DNA from: Octopus sinensis
Taxonomy: Eukaryota
Direction: 5' to 3'
Assembly: GCF_006345805.1 (NCBI RefSeq)
Contig: NC_043007.1
Coordinates: forward strand, 69,130,001 to 69,194,000
Length of the DNA stretch: 64,000 nucleotides
How positions within the stretch are numbered: position 1 is the first letter of the stretch; each line of letters starts with the position of its first letter. Below are positions 28,211 to 41,920 of this stretch, in pieces. The notes beneath the pieces were generated by a model. The model was not told where the DNA came from. It worked only from the letters and a program-made list of their open reading frames with translations, and searched no databases. The translations under genes were made by a program, and so were the position numbers.

Positions 28211-28414
28211 GAGAGCTCATTTTTGTTTATCGCTCGAAAATTGACCGTTATTTGTAAAGGACAATCAAACAAGTCCATTTTTAAAGGTGTAGCGTTTATA
28301 CTAGTCTGGATAGAATTGACATATCGGTTCTATTCTAGCAAAAACTGTCCGACGAACGGGAACGTGAAACTCAGAGTAACAGGTTTTGTTGAATTTTCTG
28401 CTGCTTTAAATAAA

Positions 28415-28449
<35 letters not shown>

Positions 28450-29569
28450 TATATATATATATACATTCAGCCATGTAACGACACACGTGCTTTTCTCGGA
28501 CTATCTGCTCCTTCCTCCTTTTTCTCCTCTCGAGAATTTTTCCTCTTTCCGACGATGACACGAAGCCCGAAACGTCAACTTCTACTGCTAATTTTCCATC
28601 TAAATGCTTCACTGAACGTCAATCTAATATATTTACTGTGTAATTGACATTTGTTGCTTTTGACGTTTTTATTTGCTTGTGTGTGGTGGGGGTGTTTCCT
28701 TGTTTACTTTCGGATTTATTTTAATGTATTTTTTTCATTTGCAGAATTCTAGCCGGTCACTAACAGTGGTAAGGTTCTGTTTAAATCAAGACAGCACTTA
28801 GATTTTGTCAATACCTGAACTGATATGCATGTATATAGATGTATAAACTTGGCCTCATGGCTGTATGTGTCACAACAGAATACAAGTGTGTATATTACAT
28901 TACTGTTTTTGTGTGAGCGTGTATATGCATTCCATATGTATATGTGATAGTGAGCCCATGTCCACACAGATCACTCAAATGAAGAATCAATCCCTGAATA
29001 GTTTTACAAAACTTTCACCCTTCCTCTGATCGATTTCTCTTGGAGAATGCGATTCACTCTGTTCTCTTCTTTTTCTCTTTTTTTTCGGGTTGGGAAAAGG
29101 GCGGTGAAGAACCGAATCATTTCTATGTTTCTATGCAAATTATTTGTTACGTAGTCCAGTACTTGTATGATACAAAGAACAAATGAAAATTTACAACGTG
29201 GATATACTAGCTGTAGGTTTCTCATCAGCTCTCCTTACTAGTTCTCTTTTTCCCAAATTTTTGAAGTGACATTTATATCCATCGGATTGCTGAACTCTTC
29301 AACAATCCCTAACTTTTGTTCCCTAACGCATACAAATATATTTGGTCTAGATTGTTTACACCGGCTAGCTGTTTCTACTGGAATGTATTCTTTCTTTTTC
29401 TTTTTCCTTTTTTTTTTTTTGAAGTGTGACAACTATCTGGTTCTGCTACGCCTCTGGTATGACCGTCAGGGCTAATACTCTTTGTGCATAGCATAATCAA
29501 CACGTACGTATATACATAATATGTACATATATACGAATGTAAGCATGTATGTATATATGTACGAATACC

Positions 29570-29606
<37 letters not shown>

Positions 29607-29744
29607 ATGTGTGTGTGTGTGCGTGTGTGCAAATTTAAATTTAAAATAATAAGGGTGAAGAATTGAATATTAATTTGATTAATATCAATTTAAAACCAGT
29701 GGTCTAGCATATTAAAATCTGAAGATTCAGAAAAATTATATTAC

Positions 29745-29972
29745 ATACATATAAGAAGGATGACAACTACGTGGACATCCACTATGCTAGACGTAGATTC
29801 GCTATGGTCATACCACTAAGAAAGGAATGTTCTCAAAAAAAATTTTGCAAATTTTTATTTCTGGCATTTGCTAAATTTTCTTGAAAACATTCCTTTCTTA
29901 GTGGTAAGACCATAGCGGATCTACGTCTAGCATAATGGATGTCCACGCATTGGTCATCCCTCTTATATGTAT
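29745..29972. repeat. Long fold-back inverted repeat (arms about 107 bp, loop about 13 nt)
   Basis: 29745-29852 is the reverse complement of 29866-29972 with scattered mismatches (e.g. gtggacatccactatgctagacgtagat / atctacgtctagcataatggatgtccac). Confidence 0.95.
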
Positions 29973-29975
29973 ATC

Positions 29976-30022
<47 letters not shown>

Positions 30023-30549
30023 TAGACAGCTAGAGAGAGAGAGAGAGAAAGACATACCACAAATATATATGTTTGCGTAAAGCTCGTTTTTCCAGCGTTG
30101 ACCACTTTACATTGCCTTGGCTTAACGACCCTCACCGTTTGTTTTTACTGTTTTGTTCTCACTGTCCTGCTTTTGTTACCACTTTCACCCTCCGCAAAAA
30201 TCCTAACTTTTATATGATTTGCTTTGCGGGAAGGACTGTTTTCAGGAAGTGGCGTCTTGTCCTTACCTTCGAAACGCGAAGTAGATACGACAGGGGACAA
30301 CTGATGAAGAGAATGTTCTTTATGTTGCATGTCGTCGTTTCTCTGTTTGGTTTTTTCGTTGTTCGAAAAAAGTTCGTTTTCTATGTTTTTGTTTTTTATG
30401 TTCTCGTTTCTCATTGTCTACTTTTTTTAATGTCCTATACATATACATGCATGTATATATACATATATATGTAGATATGTACATATATGTATATATGCGT
30501 AAATTTATATATTATTTATGTTATATATATATATATATATATATACAAA

Positions 30550-30910
<361 letters not shown>

Positions 30911-30946
30911 CAGATAGATAGATAGATAGATAGATAAGTGGATTTC

Positions 30947-30988
<42 letters not shown>

Positions 30989-31680
30989 GACACACACTAC
31001 TTCACAGAAACATACGCACATCTATATATACGTATATATACAGACACATGGGCACATACATACGTAAAATCATTAAGTATATGTATATGCATATATATGC
31101 GTGTGTGCGTGCGTGTTTGCACCCACGAATCTTTGCCGATATTAATGTTAAACATATCAAATACCTCATGTATGTATGACCGCCAGAATAAAATTAACTA
31201 AGAAAATAACAAGATCCTTAACAAAAGAGAGAAGGCTTTGATGAAAACAGCACAACAACGACAATAACAACAACAACATCTACTACTACTACTACTATCA
31301 CCACTACAAGAAAAACAGCTGAATAACAAGTAAAATGAAAAACAAGCCACGGTGTTAACATCACAGAACTCTGACAGACCTTTTAACAAAAAGCACCACA
31401 GGAACATCAACAAAATACTACAACTGTAGCTCGAGACGAAAAGTAAAAGAATAAACCAATAAATATATACAAAATGAATCAAAGGATGGCAAGAAAACAA
31501 AAAAAAAGGATGATAGAAAGAAAGAAAGGAAGGAAGGAAGGCAGCAAAAAAGAAAGAAAGTAAAAACGAAGACGCGTATATCCTGCACGCATTCATATTA
31601 GCATTTACGTATATAACAACATTGACACTGAATTACAGAGACACAAATATGTATATAAGGAAAGCAGGGAGTACAGAACT

Positions 31681-31711
<31 letters not shown>

Positions 31712-32105
31712 TGGATACGCACTCACACGCACACACATACGCATGGATGCGCGCTCACACACACATACATACACATACATACCCAAACACATGAAAACAC
31801 TACACATAAATATACGATATATATATTAGTATATAATATATATATATATATATATACATACACACACACACATATATTCTTATTGCTTATTTTAATTATA
31901 TACATATATATAAATATGTATCTACTTATAAATATATATATATATACACACGCACACGTACACTTATAAACAATATTGCACACATACACAAGGTATATGC
32001 TTTGCTAGTTCGTGAACAGACTGTGATTTTAGGTGTAAAAATGTATTTATATTCTCTTTAATTCGGGTGGTGTTAAAATACCTGGAAATCATAGAGAAAC
32101 GAGAT

Positions 32106-32500
32106 AGTGGCTGCGTGGTAAGTAGCTTGCTTACCAACCACATGGCTCCGAGTTCAGTTCCACTGCGCGACACTTTGGGCAAGTGTCTTCTACTATAGCC
32201 TCGGGTCGACCAAAGCCTTGTGAGTGGATTTGGTAGACGGAAACTGAAAGAAGCCCGTCGTATATATGTATATATTTATATGTGTGTGTGTATATGTTTG
32301 TGTGTCTGTGTTTGTCACCCCAACATCGCTTGACAACCGATGCTGGTGTGTTTACTTAGCGGTTCGGCAAAAGAGACCGATAGAATAAGTACTAGGCTTA
32401 CAAAGAATAAGTCCTGAGGTCGATGTCTTTGACTAACACCCTTTATGACGGTGCTTCTTGGCCGGAGTCAAATGACAGAAACAAGTAAAAGAATAAAGAA
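32106..32500 (+). mobile_element. Family-C SINE
   Basis: Homologous to 22783-23245. Confidence 0.9.
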
Positions 32501-32559
32501 TGTATATATATATATATATCATATGGCATAATTATAAGCAGGGCAAATTTTAGCCATTT

Positions 32560-33201
32560 CTCCTCAGACTGAAAATATTATGATCTACCTTAATCGATTT
32601 TCGAACCCTATTGGTTTCTTCTCAGAAGTGTCTACAACATTCTGACAGTCTCCAGAGAAACAAGCTGCCAATCTGTTAATATACTCAACAAATGCAGCAC
32701 TTACTCCATGAAGGAGTTCCTAATTTGCATACTTTGGAAAGCTGGTTATAAATATCAAATTAAGTGCAGCAAAATTAACAATGATTTGTCTAATCATACC
32801 AATAGTTATATGGATGAGAATTTCAATAAACACACTAACAAATTTACACCCCGTAATAAATTAGAACACCTTGGCAAGCAACTTAATTCTATGAATTGTA
32901 TTCATAATGATAACTTAACCATAAAGCAGACTTTTTAAAACTACAATGGACCAATTAATAAGACTTTTACTAACCAGATAATTACCAATACCAATATTAC
33001 TAATAATATGACTAATTGTAATGTTACAGAGAGTAATTACAGGGAAAACATTAACATAGCTACAAACAGTAACATGAAACAAAGTTTTTACAAACAAATC
33101 TCCCATTTCATCACACCCCCTTAATAACTCACATAAATACATCACCAATTCTAATGATGCTCAATATAACAATAATAATAATAATAAACTAATACTAATA
33201 C

Positions 33202-33257
<56 letters not shown>

Positions 33258-34271
33258 GTATTAGAGGTAAAAAGAAACCTATACTATATATTCGAATGGG
33301 TGACCCGTCTAATACAAACCACCATACCAATAAGAAACACAACAATAACATCATTTGGATTATATTTCCTTTTGCTAAACATTTGAAGTTAAATTTTATA
33401 AAGTCTATTCGTTCCATTATTAAATCAAACTTTAGTAACTCTAGGTATGCTAAGATATTTAATAACAAAATGATTAAATTTGGTCTTTCTGTTTCTCCCA
33501 ACTTATTTGGGATTATTTCTTCCTTTAACAATAGAAAATTAAATCAGTACTACAATGAATTAACCTCCTCTACTACAAATACTAACCCCAATTATTCCAA
33601 TAGCTCCGTATCTAATACCAACAATTCTCATACTCACACTACCTCTATCTCTATTAATACATATACACATAAGAATAGAACGCTTGATATTAGTAATAAT
33701 TGTAACTGTAGAAACTCAAACACCTGTGAAGTTGAAGGTAATTGTAAAAAGAAAAATGTAGTATATAAAGCTACTGTTATAACCCATGATCTCGCTAAGA
33801 TTCATTATATAGGTTGTACAAAGACCCTTTTTAAATTACGTCCGAATAATCTTAAATCATTTTTTAATGATCCTCGGAAAGAAAGTAGTACTAGTTTATC
33901 AAAAAAGGACATGCAACTTAAAAGAGATAATAAATTTCTCAGTTTCTTGTAATTTTATTTCTTCTGCTCCTTCTTATAGGATTAGCAATAAAACTTGCTT
34001 GTTATGCCTAGAAGAGTCTTATATAATTATGAAGATGAACGGTTCTATCTTAAATTGGAGAGATGAGAGAGCGTTTTCTTGTAAACATATGCCTAAATTT
34101 CTTTTCATTAACCTTAAAAGGGTTTTTTTATTGATAACCCCATCTTTTTCTAATTGGTTCTTATTCTATTTTATTATCCCTATTTAATTCGTTATTACTA
34201 GACCACCTACTTGCACAAACATGTATACGTCTCCATCTGTGCATATTTCAATGTCTGTATATGTATACTTG

Positions 34272-34313
<42 letters not shown>

Positions 34314-35087
34314 TATGTGTGTATATATGTATGTATGTATGTATCTATGTATGTGTGTATGTGTGTTTGTATATATATGCTTTATGGGTTTTATATATGT
34401 ATCTGTATATATGTATGTGTATGTATATGTGTACATGTGTATATGTATGTGTATATGTTTGTGTATGTATATATGTGTACATATATATATGGATATATAT
34501 ATGTAGATTTGTTTTTTGTGAATACGTGTTTGTTAATTATATTATACGTATCTATTTTCCCATACACATGCTCTCATGCACGTGTACGTGTGTGTGTGTA
34601 TGTATGTGTGTATATTTTTATGTGTTAGATGTATACGTATTTATTCCTTGTAAATTAATAATAATTTTTTCCTTCCTAATATTTTTCTATTTTTATTCAC
34701 TTTTGATCATCTCCCCTATACCGGACAAATTTTAAATTGGAGATTTTTTAATGGAGCATGTCTATATATTTTTCTAATTTTTTTTCAGTAGCGGTGTGTA
34801 TTGCTGTTGTGATGGTGGTTTTTTCCCTATTAAGTTTTTTAATTTTTTTCATTGCTTCATGCCCATAACTGTTGGTAAACTAAATGAATTTTAAATATAG
34901 TTTTATTATTATCATAATATTTTTTCGTATTCAATATAAATATATATACGTGTAACTCTCTATGTTTTCTTTTGTGTTAGTGAACGTGATGTCTATATAC
35001 GCTAGACACACGTGTGTTTGTTCACACTAGGTTTCGTCTTGATCTTTTACTATTTTTGTAAATATAACCGTTAAACATTTTAAGTTA
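32560..35087 (+). mobile_element. 5'-truncated Penelope-like element (RT thumb/linker plus GIY-YIG endonuclease) with hammerhead remnants at both ends
   Basis: See the GIY-YIG ORF below. Degenerate hammerheads at 32587-32630 (minus) and 34980-35025 (plus). Boundaries are approximate and the element ends at the assembly gap. Confidence 0.75.
33296..34110 (+). pseudogene. Penelope-like GIY-YIG endonuclease, frameshifted
   Basis: NIIWIIFPF...KIFNNKMIK...CNCRNSNTCEVEGNCKKKNVVYKATV...HYIGCTKTLFKLR.NN.KSF, then in another frame APSYRISNKTCLLCLEE...LNWRDE...CKH. Confidence 0.88.
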
Positions 35088-35187
35088 NNNNNNNNNNNNN
35101 NNNNNNNNNNNNNNNNNNNNNNNNNNNNNNNNNNNNNNNNNNNNNNNNNNNNNNNNNNNNNNNNNNNNNNNNNNNNNNNNNNNNNNN
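35088..35187. other. Assembly gap (100 N)
   Basis: A run of exactly 100 n, the usual placeholder for a gap of unknown size. Confidence 0.99.
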
Positions 35188-35897
35188 ATATTAGTATCAT
35201 CATCAATAACAACAACAACAACAAATTAATAACAATGTTTAAACAAAAACAACAATTTAAAAAATAGTAAAAAGCAACTACAATAACAACACAAACAAAA
35301 CATAGTTCTGGCAACTTGTACCAATGACAGCAATACAAACATCAACAACAAAGCGATTAACGAGAACAAGAGCAACAACAACAACAACCTTAACAACAAC
35401 TATTGTAACGGCTTTGATTTATTTTAGCTACTTTTTGTATTTTTATAATTGTTTTATTCATTTATTCATCCATTCATTCTTCTTTTTTTACCTCCTTTAT
35501 CTATTTATTTATCGCCAAAATGAAACATGGATGTCTTTAATCAATCTCGGGTAGTTTATATTAAGCTGGGGTAGATAGGTAGGTAGGTAGGTTTGTAGGT
35601 ACATGGGTATGAATAGTGGACGGGTGGGTGCTTCAGATAGGGGAGGGTAAGAAAAAATGCTGAGAGTCAAAGATAGAAGAGATAACGCTGGTGGCGGTGG
35701 TGGTGGTGGTGGTGGCGGTGGTGGTGGTGGTGGCGGTGGTGGTGGTGATTGTGGTTGTGGTGGTGGTGGTTGTGGTGGTTTTGGTGGTGATGGTGTAGAG
35801 AAAATAAACGACGAGCGAGAGAGACAAATATACAGTGGTATAGAGAAAGAGATACAGAAGAGGAAGACATGGATATTATATATATATATATATATAT

Positions 35898-35942
<45 letters not shown>

Positions 35943-35989
35943 CATATTATATATATATAATATATATATTATACATACATATTATATAT

Positions 35990-36059
<70 letters not shown>

Positions 36060-36801
36060 AAAAAGAGAGATATTGAGTGATACTTTGAATTGTGTAGTGG
36101 TGGTGGATACATTTGAAGACGAAGAAACGGGTGGGCAGAAACAGGTGGAAGAGTAGGGAGGGCAAGAAACTATTAGGGGTAACTAACCTACTATCATAAC
36201 ATTGCTGAACATGTCAAAAATAACAACAACAACAAAAAAGAAAATAATAAAAGGGGTGGAGGATAGGGGTAGATAGTAGGGTGTTCGGTGAGGTGGAGTG
36301 GCTGTTATCACAGTTTAATAAGCAAACTACCTGTAACAATGGAAGTGTAAGAGAGAAGGAGATCGGGGTGATTGTAGTGCTAGAGATGGTGATGGTAGTG
36401 GTGGTGGTGGTGTCGGTAGTAGTTGTAGTGGTGGTGATGGCGGTGATAGTAATGAGGGGGATGGCTATTGTTATAGTTTCTGTTGCTTCGCTTCAAATAG
36501 GGTAGAACTCTGATCAAAGACTTCCAACCGTAACTATCTCAACCTTTTTCTCCCACTATATATGTCGATGACTCTTGTCTAATATATTATGATTTCTTCA
36601 GGGTGTGAGTCTTGAGGGAGATTTGGCGGACATAATATTGGTTCACAGTTTAATAATCGATCTGTGAGGAAGAAATTGTGATAGAATTGAGGCGGAGGGG
36701 GGTAAAGAGAGTAGAGTAGATAGATTGACAGACGGACGAAGACATGGATAGACAGATGGATAGACAGACAGACAGACAGACACATAGATAGATAGATAGA
36801 T

Positions 36802-36861
<60 letters not shown>

Positions 36862-38377
36862 ACAGACAGACAGACAGATAGACAAGAGACAGATAGATAG
36901 ATCAGGTAGTGGAGGCGGGAGCGAAGATGGAAAGTATTGGCGCAACATTGTATAGTTTGTTCACTTAACAAAACACTGCACGAAACGTTAGTCTCAATCA
37001 AATGAATATTATTATAGGAGTGGAGAGGTGGGTATAGGTAGAGGAGTATGGGAGAATAACAGTAATCGGGCGTGGGAAGATGGTGTGAGGTATAGGCAAC
37101 AAATGGAAGGTGGGTATTTCCCTTCCACCATCACCATCATTGTCACCTGTACGTTGATCAGCCTCTACCGCAATCTTCCACTTCAGCCATCATCACCACC
37201 ACCATTATCACCGCCACTAACACGACTATAATCACCGCTACGACGACTACCACCACCACCATCACCTCTTCGATCACCATTCCACTCCCACCACCACCAC
37301 AACAACAACAACAATAACAACAGCAACAACAACTACAACAACAACCATTACTACCACCACCACATCCATCACAACCACTGCCAAGAACACATTACCAGCA
37401 CTATCAGTACCGCCACTACAGCCACCACCACTACCACCACCACCACCACCACTACCGCTACCACTACCACACCACTACAGCGACTACCTCTGCCATCACT
37501 ACAGCTATCACGACGACCACAACCACCAACAACATCCATACTAACAGCACCACCACCGCCTCTATCTTTACCACCACCACTGCCACTACCACCACCGTTA
37601 TCACCACCGTCATCACCACCACCGCCGCTGCCGTCTCCACTTCTACCACCACAACCCACTTTCCTCCGTTAATATATAACGTCAATTTGGATAAATTCCC
37701 ATCAATTTTCGTGCAATGTTTGTCAAGTGTTGTTTAAAAAGGAATAAAAAAGAAAGGATGGAAAAGAAAAAAAAAACAAAGAAAAAACAGAAAAGACAGG
37801 AAAGATAAGAACTAAGGAGTAAATAGAAATAAATAAACGACTGTCAGTGATCCAGATCACATTACAGTAGACACTAAATGTTTTGTATCGCTTATCCCCG
37901 TGACACTTTCTTGTTGAAGACTAAAGAATAGAGCTGGGGAAGCATATACCTTATGTAGAAACGGGGGCCTGAGACAACGAAGGATGGAGCGTCTATTTAT
38001 ATGGCTGCTCGCTCGCTTGTTGCCAGATATAACAGTTAAATATCCCTCAAATTAGACCCAGATATCCTCATGAAAAAAAAATTATAAATAAATAAGAACG
38101 GACAGACTGGGAAATATATTTCGGTGTACATTGCATGACAGCATGTCATGTCACGGTTGGAACATCTTTGATAATGGCGTTAGTACACACTCAGAGTTAA
38201 CCTGGGGCTAGATAACAGTAATAACGTCCCACTACCGTATATGGTAATGAGGTCTATTTGATTGATCTCAGTTTTTGTTTGACCTTGGATATTTGATTGA
38301 CCTGGGTAAGAATGGATAGCAAAGACGAATGCAGTCAGGAATTGAACTTGAAATATAATGATACTTTTCTATTGTGC

Positions 38378-39149
38378 TGTTGATGATATTGTTATTGTTG
38401 TTGTTATTATATATAGCTTTAGATGATCTCTCACTGTGTACACCTCTAGCACACAGGTTAGCTTGGTCAGCAATAAGACGCGAACCTCTCATCTCTCTTA
38501 GCTGAATAAGACATCTACTTAACAGTGGATTCTTTTATAGATTGGGAGAAGAGAATTATTGCTGAAAAAGGTTGTGGGAGGGTTGCTTAAGAGCCTTTCA
38601 GGCCCACCCAAACTGGTGATATCGATGTGTTTTGGTGATGAAAGAAGGAGGAGTTATCGAGTTTCAGCTAATCATTAAGTCGTTAGTAATCGAGAAAATG
38701 TCAGTGACAGCGGGTAGACTTCTGGTTCAGCGGAGCACAGCTATGAATTGGATAAGAAGAAGATCTTGGGTTGTGTCGCAATGTTAACCAAATGTTTGGA
38801 CTGTTGTCTTATCAGGCAGCTGGGTTTCATCTGAGGACAATTTTCTATCCATAGCATCTACATCTAGTAAACGGTTGCAGCAAACTAAAGCACATTCTAG
38901 CAGAGAAAACCTAATCTGTGTGAAAAAGTTTTGGTGATTTTCTAAACGTGATGTCACCATGAAAAAAATAACAGGAGTGTGAAGTTTAACATTTACGTCA
39001 TCTCTCTGTTGCTCATTCGGAAGAACGGTATATTTCAGAAGAAATGTGAGGTTTGCGTCTTATCGTTGACCCGGCTAACCTGTGTACGACTGGTGTCCTC
39101 AATCAGAGATCATCTGTGACTATATATAATAACTACACTATCATCAACA
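38378..39149. mobile_element. Old fold-back element with diverged inverted ends and an internal hammerhead remnant
   Basis: 38378-38488 is inversely homologous to 39048-39149 (gaggtt.gcgtcttat...tgacc..gctaacctgtgt...agagatcatct...ctatatataataac). Minus 38783-38818 reads CTGATAA GAC-aaca-GTC CAAAC. Confidence 0.6.
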
Positions 39150-40248
39150 ACATAACAACAATCTATGCCAATTGTGTTTTCAAGCTGTTAAAAGAATCTA
39201 CATCATAAAATACTTGGTGATTGTTTCTTGGTGCTGTGAAAAGAATCATGTTTTTATTTTCCATGGTGATAGTACCTGTGTTTTGCTAAAATAATCTAGT
39301 TCTTGATATACATGATGTTACTGTCTTCATGCCGTTGAATAATTTTACATCTTAATATGCATTATGATTGCATCCTCGTGCTACCAATAAAATACAATGT
39401 TTATTATTTGTGATGATGGTACCTTTGCACGACTGAAACAGTCTAAATTTTCATAATATATGATGCTAGTATTTTCGTGCTGTTGAAAGATTTCCATGTC
39501 TTCATTATATTATATTTTCGAAATTTCTGTCAATCAAGAAGTGCATATCCGATATGAAGTTTGCACACGGATAGTCTGAATGGTTTCAAAAGAGCGAAGT
39601 ACACTCTAGGCATCCGAAACTGCATACTCAATTTAGAAGACTAGGTTTGTTATGGATAGAACTTTCCAAAGGAAAACAAAGGATGACAAAGATCTTAGAT
39701 GGACGGCCATCATTGTACTTGAAAGGCCTTGAATATTGAACAAATGAAACTGCTTAATGATGAAATAATTAACATCAATACAATAATTGTTTTTAAGTGC
39801 AGAGACTGGATGTTCAAGTGGGAGGATGTTTGGTGAAATCCATTTAGACGTAAAGATGAAGTATGGATACCGAGGTAACAGAACATCAAACGACGTAGAT
39901 GATTATGAGAAAAGGTAGCACTTAATACACACACACACACACACACGCATCGTGCCTCTGTCGTTTCTGCTTCTGAATTAAAGTATTACTGGCCGACTGT
40001 GTGTACACTTAACGAAATTCTCAACCACAAGCAGTGTGACATAATATTAGACAAGACTGTACAATTTCAAATTACTGATGCAATCTGCCTGGTGAGGCTC
40101 TAAACAGTTTCCGTTTACCCACCTTTATTAACTAGGTATGGATCGACATGAGGCTCCAGAAAATTACATTCCAAGATTCCACAGTTCGAGAGTTATGATG
40201 TAAACAATATATATATTGTTTACATATATACGCACAGACACACACACA

Positions 40249-40295
<47 letters not shown>

Positions 40296-40531
40296 CACGA
40301 GCTTCTGAGGCTATAGCAGAAAACACTTGTCGAAGTACCGCGAAGTAGGACTGAACCCGGGATCATATGGTTGGAAAGCAGGTTTCTTACCACACAGCCA
40401 AGCCTGCGCCTTAGTTATGCCATGTGGGCAGTGTCAGATGATTGCGCTAAGACACAAGACGTTATAAAACAATGTTTGCTACATTCGCAGCATATGAAAG
40501 CCAACGGTAGCACATAAAAACGTATTGTGTT

Positions 40532-40573
<42 letters not shown>

Positions 40574-41121
40574 TATATATATACATACACACACGCATAC
40601 ATATATACATGTATATACGTATATACCCAAACATATGTATGTGTGCCTGTCTGTGTGTATACATGGAACACCTCAGGATAATTTGACGACGACCTTCTTT
40701 GTTATGTCTCTGTTAATTATCCTTTGATATTTAATTGACTGCGTTGCTTAAGAAAAAAATGTTATTTCTGTTTTTAATTCTACATAACGATTTTAGGCGA
40801 AATATTTCAATGGTTCATAGACAACGTTTCCAACGTCCTTTGCGAGACATCTGTAACGAGTTAAGCAGCTTTAACCTGTTAAGGTAACCGCAATGTTTGT
40901 GTATGTATGTGTGTGAGCGCACGCGCGTAAACTGATAACAATATCAGCAAGCCATCGTCGTCGTCGTATCAGTAACGCCATCGTCGTCGTCGTCATCATC
41001 ATCATCAACAACAACACCAGCAATAATGGGTTTTTTTTACTAGAAGCACAAGGCCTGACAAGTTTTCAGAAAGGGCTAGTCGATTACATCAACCCCTTGA
41101 ACTCAAATGGTATTTATTTCA

Positions 41122-41920
41122 CGGCGAGCTGGCAGAATCATTAGCACGCCGGGCGAAATACTTAGCGGTATTTCGTCTGCCGTTACGTTCTGAGTTCAAA
41201 TTCCGCCGACGTCGACTTTGCCTTTCATCCTTTCGGGGTCGATAAATTAAGTTCCAGTTACGCACTGGGGTTGATGTAATCGACTTAATCCATTTGTCTG
41301 TCCTTGTTTGTCCTCTCTGTGTTTAGCCCCTTGTGGGTAGTAAAGAAATAGAAATAGGTATTTCGTCTGCCGTTACGTTCTGAGTTCAAATTCCGCCGAC
41401 GTCGACTTTGCCTTTCATCCTTTCGGGGTCGATAAATTAAGTTCCAGTTACGCACTGGGGTTGATGTAATCGACTTAATCCATTTGTCTGTCCTTGTTTG
41501 TCCTCTCTGTTTTTAGCCCCTTGTGGGTAGTAAAGAAATAGAAATAGGTATTTCGTCTGCCGTTACGTTCTGAGTTCAAATTCCGCCGACGTCGACTTTG
41601 CCTTTCATCCTTTCGGGGTCGATAAATTAAGTTCCAGTTACGCACTGGGGTTGATGTAATCGACTTAATCCATTTGTCTGTCCTTGTTTGTCCTCTCTGT
41701 GTTTAGCCCCTTGTGGGTAGTAAAGAAATAGAAATAGGTATTTCGTCTGCCGTTACGTTCTGAGTTCAAATTCCGTCGAGGTCGACTTTGCCTTTCATCC
41801 TTTCGGGATCGATAAATTAAGTACCAGCTACGCACTGAGGTCGATGCAATCGACTTAATTCGTTTGTCTGTCCGTGTTTGTCCCTTCTGTGTTTAGCCCC
41901 TTATGTGTAGTAAAGAAATA
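41122..41920 (+). repeat. Family-A SINE head followed by four tandem 190-bp body units
   Basis: ggtatttcgtctgccgttacg starts at 41167, 41357, 41547 and 41737. Confidence 0.95.

Noticed and set aside
29180-29235. Minus-strand CTGATGA followed by a hairpin
   Set aside because: There is no GAAA after the stem and no stem I, so it does not fit a hammerhead.
41167-41920. Regular repeats suggestive of a CRISPR array
   Set aside because: The units are contiguous 190-bp SINE bodies with no unique spacers, and the context is eukaryotic.
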